From positions 1 to 53,360 of the IMG/VR virus record IMGVR_UViG_3300048839_001110: DNA of 53,360 nt, one strand, 5' to 3'. This DNA comes from a virus. Below are positions 32,824 through 39,514 of the stretch, in pieces (within the stretch, counting starts at the first letter, position 1; each line of letters opens with the position of its first letter). The notes beneath the pieces were generated by a model. That model was given only the letters and a program-made list of their open reading frames with translations, did not search any database and had not been told where the DNA came from. A program made the translations under genes and the position numbers.

Positions 32824-33206
32824 TGGTGGTGTCGACCTATACCGGCCGCTGGATCGAGGCGATCGCGGCCGTCTGCCACGAGGTCAACCGCGCCTATTGC
32901 GAGTCGCAGGGTGATCTGTCCCAGCCGCGCTGGGACGACGCGCCTGCCTGGCAGCGCGAGAGCGCCATCAAGGGCGTGCGTTTCGCGCTCACCCATCCGG
33001 ACGCCAAGCCCTCCGACAGCCACGAGAGCTGGCTTGCCGAAAAGCGCGCCGACGGCTGGCGCTACGGGCCGGTCAAGGACCCCGACCGCAAGGAGCATCC
33101 CTGCTTCGTGCCCTACGACGAATTGCCCGCGGCGCAGAAGGCCAAGGACCATCTCTTCCTCGGCACCGTGCGCGCGCTGGCCGGACACACCATGGAGATC
33201 CCATGA
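32820..33206 (+). CDS. RyR-domain protein
   Basis: 128 aa. ...HEVNRAYC...W...GWRYGPVKDPDRKEHPCFVPYDELPAAQKAKD matches the RyR repeat as I remember it. Confidence 0.6.
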   Translation: MMVVSTYTGRWIEAIAAVCHEVNRAYCESQGDLSQPRWDDAPAWQRESAIKGVRFALTHPDAKPSDSHESWLAEKRADGWRYGPVKDPDRKEHPCFVPYDELPAAQKAKDHLFLGTVRALAGHTMEIP

Positions 33207-33535
33207 GCCTCGAACAATCCGACGCCGAAGCCGCCGCGCATGCGGTCGCTCCGCGCGTGAGCCTCGCCGACATCGAGGATTCGATCCTCGAGCAGCATTA
33301 CCTGCAGGGCCCGGCTATCTCGTTCGTGCCGATGCGCAGTAACCATCCGCTATTCTCGCTGACAATTTGCGTGCTCGTGCTGAAGAACGGCTTCACGATC
33401 GTCGGCAAGTCGGCGCCGGCCTCGCCCGCGAACTTCAACGCCGAGCTCGGCCGCAAGCTCGCCTACGAGGATTGCGTCCGCCAGATCTGGCCGCTGATGG
33501 GATTCGCGCTGCGCGAAAAGCTCGCAGGATTTTGA
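33203..33535 (+). CDS. Gp49-like protein (N4 gp49 / Sf6 gp66 family)
   Basis: 110 aa. ...LTICVLVLKNGFTIVGKSAPASPANFNAELGRKLAYEDCVRQIWPLMGFALRE. Confidence 0.6.
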   Translation: MSLEQSDAEAAAHAVAPRVSLADIEDSILEQHYLQGPAISFVPMRSNHPLFSLTICVLVLKNGFTIVGKSAPASPANFNAELGRKLAYEDCVRQIWPLMGFALREKLAGF

Positions 33536-33744
33536 ACCCGCCGGCGGCCGTTCCCCCTCCCCGGCCCCTGGTGTAGAATCCCCCGGATGCTTCCGGTGGA
33601 CTGAAGGGAGACGGGGGCCGGTTACCCGGCCGCGGGGCTAGCCTGGACAGCTGATCACCCCGCCCGGCGCAAGTCTCCTCGACACCGGCCCGCCACGGCC
33701 CGAAGGCCGCGGTGCAAGCCTAGCTGCCGTGGAGCATCTGACAA
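33536..33744 (+). other. ORF-free, GC-rich region with nested and alternative helices; candidate structured leader or ncRNA
   Basis: Possible pairings: CCGGCCCC/GGGGCCGG, CCGGA-tgct-TCCGG, GGCCGG-ttac-CCGGCC, GGAGAC/GTCTCC, GCGGGG/CCCCGC, CCACGGC/GCCGTGG. A TAGAAT -10-like hexamer sits at 33574-33579. Confidence 0.35.
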
Positions 33745-34128
33745 ATGGGATTCGCAATGCGCGCGATCGGGGCGACGAAGCCCCTCGCGCCCTATGTCGG
33801 CGGCAAGAAGCAGCTCGCCCGTCACGTCATCGCCGCGATCGACCAGATCCCGCACCAGACCTATTGCGAGGCCTTCGTCGGCATGGGCGGCGTGTTTCTG
33901 CGCCGCACCAAAAGGCCGGACGCGGAGGCGATCAACGATCTCAACCGGGATGTTGCGACCTTCTTCCGGATCCTGCAGCGCCATTACCAGGCGTTCATGG
34001 ACATGCTGAAATGGCAGCTGGCGTCGCGCTCCGAATACGAGCGGCTGCTGAAGCTCCAGGGATCGAACTCGAGCCGCAGGTGGAAGTCGTTGGAATATTC
34101 GAGCTCGAGCTCCGTCGTCTCGCGATGA
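33745..34128 (+). pseudogene. dam: Truncated Dam-type (D12 class) N6-adenine methyltransferase; only about the first 100 aa remain
   Basis: Motifs YVGGKKQLA and EAFVGMGGVF are followed by ...SRSEYERLLKL. The sequence then turns unrelated and Ser-rich and stops. There is no DPPY region. Confidence 0.6.
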
Positions 34129-34232
34129 TTGTTGATAAGGAAACGAACGCGCGCCAGCCGCGGCGGGTCCTCGGCAAATCGATGCAGGACCTCGCCGAAG
34201 AGGCGCTCGACTGTTGGGCGCAGCCGGCTCAA
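33984..34232 (-). CDS. Hypothetical ORF running into the antisense of the dam remnant; possibly chimeric
   Basis: 82 aa. It starts 1 nt after the upstream stop. Its last roughly 24 codons are antisense to dam. Confidence 0.3.
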   Translation of the reverse strand: MSRLRPTVERLFGEVLHRFAEDPPRLARVRFLINNHRETTELELEYSNDFHLRLEFDPWSFSSRSYSERDASCHFSMSMNAW

Positions 34233-34454
34233 TCAGCCGCCGACGAGTCGCGGGCGGAACACGGTCTCTTCCGCCGTCGGATCGAAGCCGCGCAGGATCT
34301 CGCCCTGGCCGTCGCCGGTGCGCTTGTAGGCCATGAAGCCCGCGCCGGTCAGCTCCCGGAAGCGCTCCTCGGCCTTGGCGATCGCGGCCGCGTCATTGAG
34401 GTAGAAGCTGTGGCGCGTGTCGCCGGAATGGTCCATCACGATCTGGGTGGCCAT
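34233..34454 (-). CDS. Hypothetical protein
   Basis: 73 aa with a GGAGGAGG RBS. Confidence 0.6.
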   Translation of the reverse strand: MATQIVMDHSGDTRHSFYLNDAAAIAKAEERFRELTGAGFMAYKRTGDGQGEILRGFDPTAEETVFRPRLVGG

Positions 34455-34526
34455 GAAAAATCCTCCTCCGTGGTGCGGGGCGGATTCTAGACCGATTTGC
34501 TAACGAACCGCCAAGCGGCCATGGCC

Positions 34527-34790
34527 TCAATCCGGCTTGGAAAAATCCAGCTGCAGGGTGAGCACCAGCGCCTTGTGAAGCTTCTCCCGCGCGTCCGTGA
34601 GGCTCTTGCCTTTCGCAGCGTCCATCACCGACGCGATGGCATTCTGCCATTCGATGCGGGCGGCGAGATCGGGGCGGCTTTTGTCGAGCATCAGGAGATA
34701 GGCGCGCGCGTCGGCCAGCGTCTCGATCGGCCGGAAGCCCTGCGCGTGCAGCGGCCGGCCGAAGCGTCTTTTCCAGTTGTCCTGGCTCAC
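34527..34790 (-). CDS. Hypothetical protein
   Basis: 87 aa. Confidence 0.5.
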   Translation of the reverse strand: MSQDNWKRRFGRPLHAQGFRPIETLADARAYLLMLDKSRPDLAARIEWQNAIASVMDAAKGKSLTDAREKLHKALVLTLQLDFSKPD

Positions 34791-34808
34791 GGATCGTCGT
34801 GGATAGCG

Positions 34809-35303
34809 TCAGGCGTGGTGAACGCGGTGCCCGTCGTTGTCGCCACGATCCTTTGGCAGGAGCGCATTGAGCAGCTTCCCCACCGAGAGGCGCAACGCCC
34901 CTGCAATAAGGGCGGCGAATGTCGCCAACAAAGTCGCTCCGAGGCTGTTGCCCAACACGGCCAGCGCCCAGCTTCTTTTGAACTCTCTCCATGTGGCCCG
35001 CATGTTGCCCGGCACACGCGCTGGCTGCTGGCTTCGCGAGATGGTTGCCCATTTGGTGAGAGCAATCCTGATGGCCATAAAGGCGAGAGCCCAAGCGCTT
35101 CGAACGCTATGGGCATCATCAAGTGCTGATGCAACGACGCGTTTTGTAGAAACGGGAACGGCAGGGCTGTCGATCAACGAGCCAGCGAGGTCGATCAGAG
35201 ACTGTCTCGAGGGGTCGGTCGCCAAGAACAATCCTCTGCTAAGGATTGCGTAGAAGGCGACGACCGCGGCACCCGTCATGAACCAAGTCGGGATATCGGT
35301 CAT
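34809..35303 (-). CDS. Integral membrane protein (accessory island)
   Basis: 164 aa with several hydrophobic helices. The ATG overlaps the upstream stop. The DNA is visibly A/T-richer. Confidence 0.6.
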   Translation of the reverse strand: MTDIPTWFMTGAAVVAFYAILSRGLFLATDPSRQSLIDLAGSLIDSPAVPVSTKRVVASALDDAHSVRSAWALAFMAIRIALTKWATISRSQQPARVPGNMRATWREFKRSWALAVLGNSLGATLLATFAALIAGALRLSVGKLLNALLPKDRGDNDGHRVHHA

Positions 35304-35608
35304 GGCACCTTGCCTATCCGCCCTTTGCGCCGGCTGTCGAATTGCTGCCGGGATCTAGTTTTGGCTTCCGTTACGATCAAGGCCCAGAAGAGCCCGATCA
35401 CCATACACGTAACACCGTAGATGAACCAATGGTCTACGAGGAACGCTAAAATCTCCTTGACCAGATTCACCAGCTTTTGATGGTGGACCGGGTGGCTGTC
35501 CATGAACCCGGTTTTTTCGCTCGCCGCGACGAGCCCCATCACGGTGCCCACGAGTGTCGGCAACGACGCCAGCAACGCCAAGGACGCGGTGATAAAATTC
35601 TTGAACAC
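35300..35608 (-). CDS. Integral membrane protein (accessory island)
   Basis: 102 aa with two or three TM helices. A/T-richer codon use. Confidence 0.6.
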   Translation of the reverse strand: MFKNFITASLALLASLPTLVGTVMGLVAASEKTGFMDSHPVHHQKLVNLVKEILAFLVDHWFIYGVTCMVIGLFWALIVTEAKTRSRQQFDSRRKGRIGKVP

Positions 35609-35717
35609 GCAGCCCGTTCCACCCTTGCGGGTGTTCTACGAAGATTCCCTCGGCGCGCCTAGCGGTGCAATGGCAAAAACGCTGAAAAATTGGCCATTTT
35701 GCTGCAATTGCGAAGCG

Positions 35718-36068
35718 TCACGGATCGGCGTGGTTGCGCATCAGCCGCAGGATGCGCGGGCTCCGCGTGCCGCAATCCTGGCAGCGCAGCCGCTCGGCGA
35801 TCGTCGTCAGCGCCATGCCGGGCGGCCGGCGCACGACGCGCAGATCGACCGCCTTCACCGCGGAGCAGCCCTCGCACATGACCTGCAGCCAGGGAAAGCC
35901 GCCGACCAGCGCGGCCTCGAGCAGCGGCGTCCAGCACGGCCCACCGTCCCAGCGCGCGAGCTGGGCGTTGTAGAGCCCGATCGTGTGCTCGGCCTCGGCG
36001 CGGTTCTTTTCCTCCCACTCCGCGATGCGCCTGGCGCGGCCGCGGTCGCTGAGGTTCATGGCTGCCAT
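35718..36068 (-). CDS. Hypothetical Cys-containing protein
   Basis: 116 aa from the ATG at 36068, with a GGGAGCG RBS. CEGC...CQDC suggests a zinc ribbon. Confidence 0.5.
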   Translation of the reverse strand: MAAMNLSDRGRARRIAEWEEKNRAEAEHTIGLYNAQLARWDGGPCWTPLLEAALVGGFPWLQVMCEGCSAVKAVDLRVVRRPPGMALTTIAERLRCQDCGTRSPRILRLMRNHADP

Positions 36069-36242
36069 CGATGCGCTCCCGGCCGGATTCTGCGCAGGCG
36101 GACCGTTTGTGCAATCCGCTAGGGCTTGGGTGCTCCGGGCGCTAAAACGCAAAAAGAGCCCGCCACGAGCCTTGCGGCCCGCAGCGGGAACGATTCGGTT
36201 GCCGGTCGCTTGAATCGGCTGTGTGTTGCGTAGGAGTTACCG

Positions 36243-36494
36243 ATGTCCCCTCACCGCCAGGCCAGCCTCGTCCCGCACAAAGTGGGGCCGCTCTATTTCG
36301 TGCTGTGCGATTACGGGCCGTCCATCGGACAGGCCTACGCGGAAACCGACCCCGAAAAGGCGGACCGCGAGATGGTCCTGCAGATGCTGAGCGGAGGCCA
36401 GTTCACCAATCCCCGCCAGGTGATCGAGATCGATCTCGAGGCCGGGACGGCGCGCGATGTCACCGTCGAGATGCTCGCGGCCGCATTCGCCTAG
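36243..36494 (+). CDS. Hypothetical protein
   Basis: 83 aa with an AGGAG RBS. Convergent with the end of the lysis cassette. Confidence 0.55.
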   Translation: MSPHRQASLVPHKVGPLYFVLCDYGPSIGQAYAETDPEKADREMVLQMLSGGQFTNPRQVIEIDLEAGTARDVTVEMLAAAFA

Positions 36495-36501
36495 CCGCGC
36501 C

Positions 36502-36807
36502 TCAGAGCGGGGCGCGGCCCTCGCGGCGGAAGATCAGCTGCTTCACGTCCGACTTGATCTCGGCGACATCACGCTGCACCGCCGCGGCATGGCCCTCGGT
36601 GCGCGTCACCCGCTCGGCGAGCGAGGTCTGCAGGCCGGACAGCGCGAGGTAGTTCTTCTCGAGCAGCTCGACGCGGATATCGTTGCGCGCGAACCAGCTG
36701 GCGCCGGCCGCCGCCCAGCCGCCGATCGCGACCACGGCCGCGAGCGCGCCGCCGACCACCCAGGAGACCGGGATCTTGCGGTCGAGCTCGAAGGGGCGAT
36801 CGGTCAT
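36502..36807 (-). CDS. N-terminally anchored coiled-coil protein at the end of the lysis cassette
   Basis: 101 aa with an AAGGAG RBS. One TM helix (VSWVVGGALAAVVAIGGWAAAGASWF), then a helical region. Confidence 0.6.
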   Translation of the reverse strand: MTDRPFELDRKIPVSWVVGGALAAVVAIGGWAAAGASWFARNDIRVELLEKNYLALSGLQTSLAERVTRTEGHAAAVQRDVAEIKSDVKQLIFRREGRAPL

Positions 36808-36811
36808 GGTC

Positions 36812-37255
36812 TCACTCCTTCAGCGCGCGGATCTTGTCGAGGATCGCCGGCGACAGTCGCGACTTCGTCTTGGCGGCCGGCTTCGGCTTCGCCGGAGGAA
36901 TCGGCACCGGCACGGTCTTGCCGCCGACGGTATGGGTCGGGCCGTCCCAGCCCTTCGGCCGCGCGGCCGGCCGCGGCCGATCCGGACAGGCCGCGAGCGT
37001 CACCTCGGTCGTGTCGTCGATGAAGGCCTGGTCGTGGTTGGTCCTGCCGCGGATCTCGTAGGGCTGCTCGGGCAGCGCCTTGCACAGCTCACTCACCGTC
37101 GCGAAGGGCTCTTTCGCACACGCCGCGAGACTGAACCCAATGACCGCCAGAATCGCGGCACGCGCGCGTGTTCGCCAGCGCGTCGCGGGCGCGCCCAGCA
37201 GCGTCGCGATTCTGCCCATCGACCTTGGCTTTCGCATCGGAATAACCCTCGTCAT
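36812..37255 (-). CDS. o-spanin candidate (lipoprotein), overlapped architecture
   Basis: Lipobox LAAC, with Cys at codon 46 of the ORF. The mature part is Pro-rich. It starts inside the i-spanin gene in another frame and extends beyond it. The start may be the ATG at 37219. Confidence 0.6.
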   Translation of the reverse strand: MTRVIPMRKPRSMGRIATLLGAPATRWRTRARAAILAVIGFSLAACAKEPFATVSELCKALPEQPYEIRGRTNHDQAFIDDTTEVTLAACPDRPRPAARPKGWDGPTHTVGGKTVPVPIPPAKPKPAAKTKSRLSPAILDKIRALKE

Positions 37256-37361
37256 AGATTTCGGATCGCCAGTGCAGGTACAGGCCGCCGAGCGCGGCCG
37301 CGATCGCCGCGAGCAGGCCGAGCCGCCACGGCAGCGGAAGGAAAGCGAGCAGCTTGGTCAT
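37089..37361 (-). CDS. i-spanin candidate
   Basis: 90 aa. The ATG overlaps the endolysin stop (ATGA). N-terminal TM helix (WRLGLLAAIAAALGGLYL), then a charged periplasmic part. Confidence 0.55.
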   Translation of the reverse strand: MTKLLAFLPLPWRLGLLAAIAAALGGLYLHWRSEIYDEGYSDAKAKVDGQNRDAAGRARDALANTRACRDSGGHWVQSRGVCERALRDGE

Positions 37362-37822
37362 CGCGACGGCTCCAGATCCATGCGGCAGATCTCGCGCTCG
37401 GATTCGCGCCGCGCGAGCAGGCCCGCCAGCACCGAGCCGCCGGCGCGCGAGAATTCCGGCAGTGCGTCGCAGGCCGCCTCGAGCTCGCCGGCATTGAGCT
37501 TGCCCGGCAGCGAGGAGCGGCAGAAGGCGCCGACGCCGATATTGTAGGTCAGCGACAGCATCGCGAGGTGCACGCGCGGCGGCAGCTTCACGCGCAGGCA
37601 TTTGAGCATGCCTTCCTCGTGCGCGATCAGCGAGCGAACCAGCTGCAGGTCGCATTGCTCCTTGGTGAAGGTCATGCCCAGGCGGACATATTTCGTCTCG
37701 CCGTAGCAGGCGGTGACGATCCCCACCGGATCCTTGTAGGCGGCGAGCCGCAGGCCTTCGAACGAACCGACCAGCGCGATCGCCGCAGCGCCGAAGGCGG
37801 CGCTCGTGCGCATCCAGCTCAT
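37358..37822 (-). CDS. SAR endolysin, GH24 (T4-lysozyme type)
   Basis: 154 aa from the ATG at 37822. Weakly hydrophobic Gly/Ala-rich N-terminus TSAAFGAAAIALVGS. Catalytic spacing E-x8-D-x5-T in FEGLRLAAYKDPVGIVT. Confidence 0.8.
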   Translation of the reverse strand: MSWMRTSAAFGAAAIALVGSFEGLRLAAYKDPVGIVTACYGETKYVRLGMTFTKEQCDLQLVRSLIAHEEGMLKCLRVKLPPRVHLAMLSLTYNIGVGAFCRSSLPGKLNAGELEAACDALPEFSRAGGSVLAGLLARRESEREICRMDLEPSR

Positions 37823-38037
37823 GCGTGCCTCTTCTGCGCGACCAGGCGCGCGACAAAGGCGGCCGCCGCGATCGCGAAGAACAGCAGCGCCTTCTGCAGC
37901 TCCGTGAGCGGCAGCCGGTAACCGACCAGGTAAAGGGCGGCCTCGGCGCCGGACAGCAGCGCGGCGAGCGCGATCAGCCGCACGCTCCAGGCGCGGGCCA
38001 GCACCTCGCGCCAATTCGGAACGAGGCGCAGCATCAC
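37819..38037 (-). CDS. Holin candidate (two TM domains, pinholin-like)
   Basis: 72 aa. ATGA overlaps with both the tail fibre stop and the endolysin start. Confidence 0.6.
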   Translation of the reverse strand: MMLRLVPNWREVLARAWSVRLIALAALLSGAEAALYLVGYRLPLTELQKALLFFAIAAAAFVARLVAQKRHA

Positions 38038-39446
38038 GAATCCCTCCCGCGCGGATGGATCCAGCCGACGGTCACGATCTGGGTGTCGACGTTGGAATGC
38101 GAGCCGCGATAGCCGACCTGGCCTGAGGTGTTGACCGGCACTACCACCCCGCCCTTCCAGATGTTGCTGCCGGAATTGCTGCCGGAGACGGTCAGGCCGC
38201 GCGTGCCGGCGACGGTGGGCGCGTCGTCATTCTGCGTCAGCGCGGTGACCAGCGTGCCGTTGAAGCTCGTGGTGTTGTCGTTGGTGCCGACCTCGCAGAT
38301 GGCGAGCAGCCCGGCGATGCCGGTCGGCACATGGAGCGTGCCGGTGGCGCGCGAGGCATTGTGGCTGGCGGAATCGCTGACGCTGTTGATGCCGCTCTTG
38401 CGCAGGAACAGCCCGCCCGGATATTGCACGATGCCGACGATCGCCCCGCTCTCGCGCAGGATCGAGGCGACCAGGCGCGCCACGACATAGTCGGCGCCGC
38501 CGGTCTCCGCCTGCAGATGCGCCAGCACGGTCGCCGGCACCGCGCTCGGATCGGCATAATAGTCCTGCGTGCCGTCCGCCTTGGTGACGACCCAGAGGTG
38601 ATAGGTGGTGTTGGCGATCGCCGCGCCCGAATAGCGCAGGCCGGCATTCTCGCCCGGCGCCCAGTCCTCGTCGAGGCGCTTGCCGGCCATCGCCGCGCCG
38701 GTGATGAAGGTGTCGTTGTCGCTGTCGAGACAGGCGCCGGCGCCGAAGTCGATGTCGTTGGTCGCGTCCGAGCCGTTGGCGATGACGAAGCCGTCGATGT
38801 AATTGCGCATCACGCTCTTGAAGACGAGCAGAGCCGCGGCGAGCGCCGCCGGCGTCACCGCGCGCTCGGTATCGGTGCCGGCCACCGCCTCGGCGTTTGT
38901 GGCGAGTTCGACCGCGCCTCGCCCCGTCAAGGAGGCATTCGCGACATTCGCCTTCGCCTGGCCGGCGGTGGCGTGATCCCAGGTCACGGTCGCTGTATCG
39001 GTAACCACGCGCTCGGCCGAGAGATCCGCATGCGCCTGCGCGACCAGGTATTGCGCCGCCGGCGGCGCATGGCCCTCGAGCGTCGCGAGACTCGCAAAGG
39101 CGATCGACGATGTGCCGGGCAGGATCGGGTTCGCGCTGGTGACGGCGAATTCCGTGTTGCCGTTGACGGCCCCGGAATGCACGAAGACGCGGGTGCCCTT
39201 GGCGACGTCGCGTGCGCCGTCGAAATCGGCCGCGCGCGACCAGTTGCCGCTCGAGGCGACATAGACGCCGTTCTCCGACGCCGTCCCCTGCTCCTTGACC
39301 AGCACGCGATCGCTCTCGGCCAGCGCTACGCCGTCGATCGTCTGCAGGCCCGCCAGCGTGATGCTGCCGGTCGTGGCGCAGGCGCAGGGAGCCTTCACGG
39401 CGAGGCCTTCGGCCACGCCGTAGCGGCGGTCGGTGCTGGTGGTCAT
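38034..39446 (-). CDS. Tail fibre / tailspike
   Basis: 470 aa. Last virion gene before the lysis cassette. Gly/Thr/Ala-rich beta-type sequence. Confidence 0.65.
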   Translation of the reverse strand: MTTSTDRRYGVAEGLAVKAPCACATTGSITLAGLQTIDGVALAESDRVLVKEQGTASENGVYVASSGNWSRAADFDGARDVAKGTRVFVHSGAVNGNTEFAVTSANPILPGTSSIAFASLATLEGHAPPAAQYLVAQAHADLSAERVVTDTATVTWDHATAGQAKANVANASLTGRGAVELATNAEAVAGTDTERAVTPAALAAALLVFKSVMRNYIDGFVIANGSDATNDIDFGAGACLDSDNDTFITGAAMAGKRLDEDWAPGENAGLRYSGAAIANTTYHLWVVTKADGTQDYYADPSAVPATVLAHLQAETGGADYVVARLVASILRESGAIVGIVQYPGGLFLRKSGINSVSDSASHNASRATGTLHVPTGIAGLLAICEVGTNDNTTSFNGTLVTALTQNDDAPTVAGTRGLTVSGSNSGSNIWKGGVVVPVNTSGQVGYRGSHSNVDTQIVTVGWIHPRGRDS

Positions 39447-39457
39447 GGGGCCTCGGC

Positions 39458-39484
39458 AATAAAAAAGCCGCCCGTGTGGGCGGC
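39458..39484 (-). terminator. Intrinsic terminator between the internal-protein genes and the tail fibre gene
   Basis: Minus strand reads GCCGCCC-acac-GGGCGGC followed by TTTTTTATT. Confidence 0.6.
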
Positions 39485-39514
39485 TTGTGGAAGGACCGAA
39501 CTAGCGGCGTGCTG

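Noticed and set aside
33536-33744. A cobalamin, TPP or c-di-GMP riboswitch.
   Set aside because: Isolated look-alike strings are present (GGTG..AATCC, GCCACGG, AGCCTGGACAGCTGA). They are not in the order or spacing of any riboswitch consensus I can recall, and there is no relevant downstream gene.
36495-36525. Hairpin GCCGCGCC-tcagagcg-GGCGCGGC between the convergent genes 36243-36494 and 36502-36807 as a bidirectional terminator.
   Set aside because: There is no T-tract on either strand, and it overlaps both coding ends. It could still act as a terminator, but I cannot support the call.
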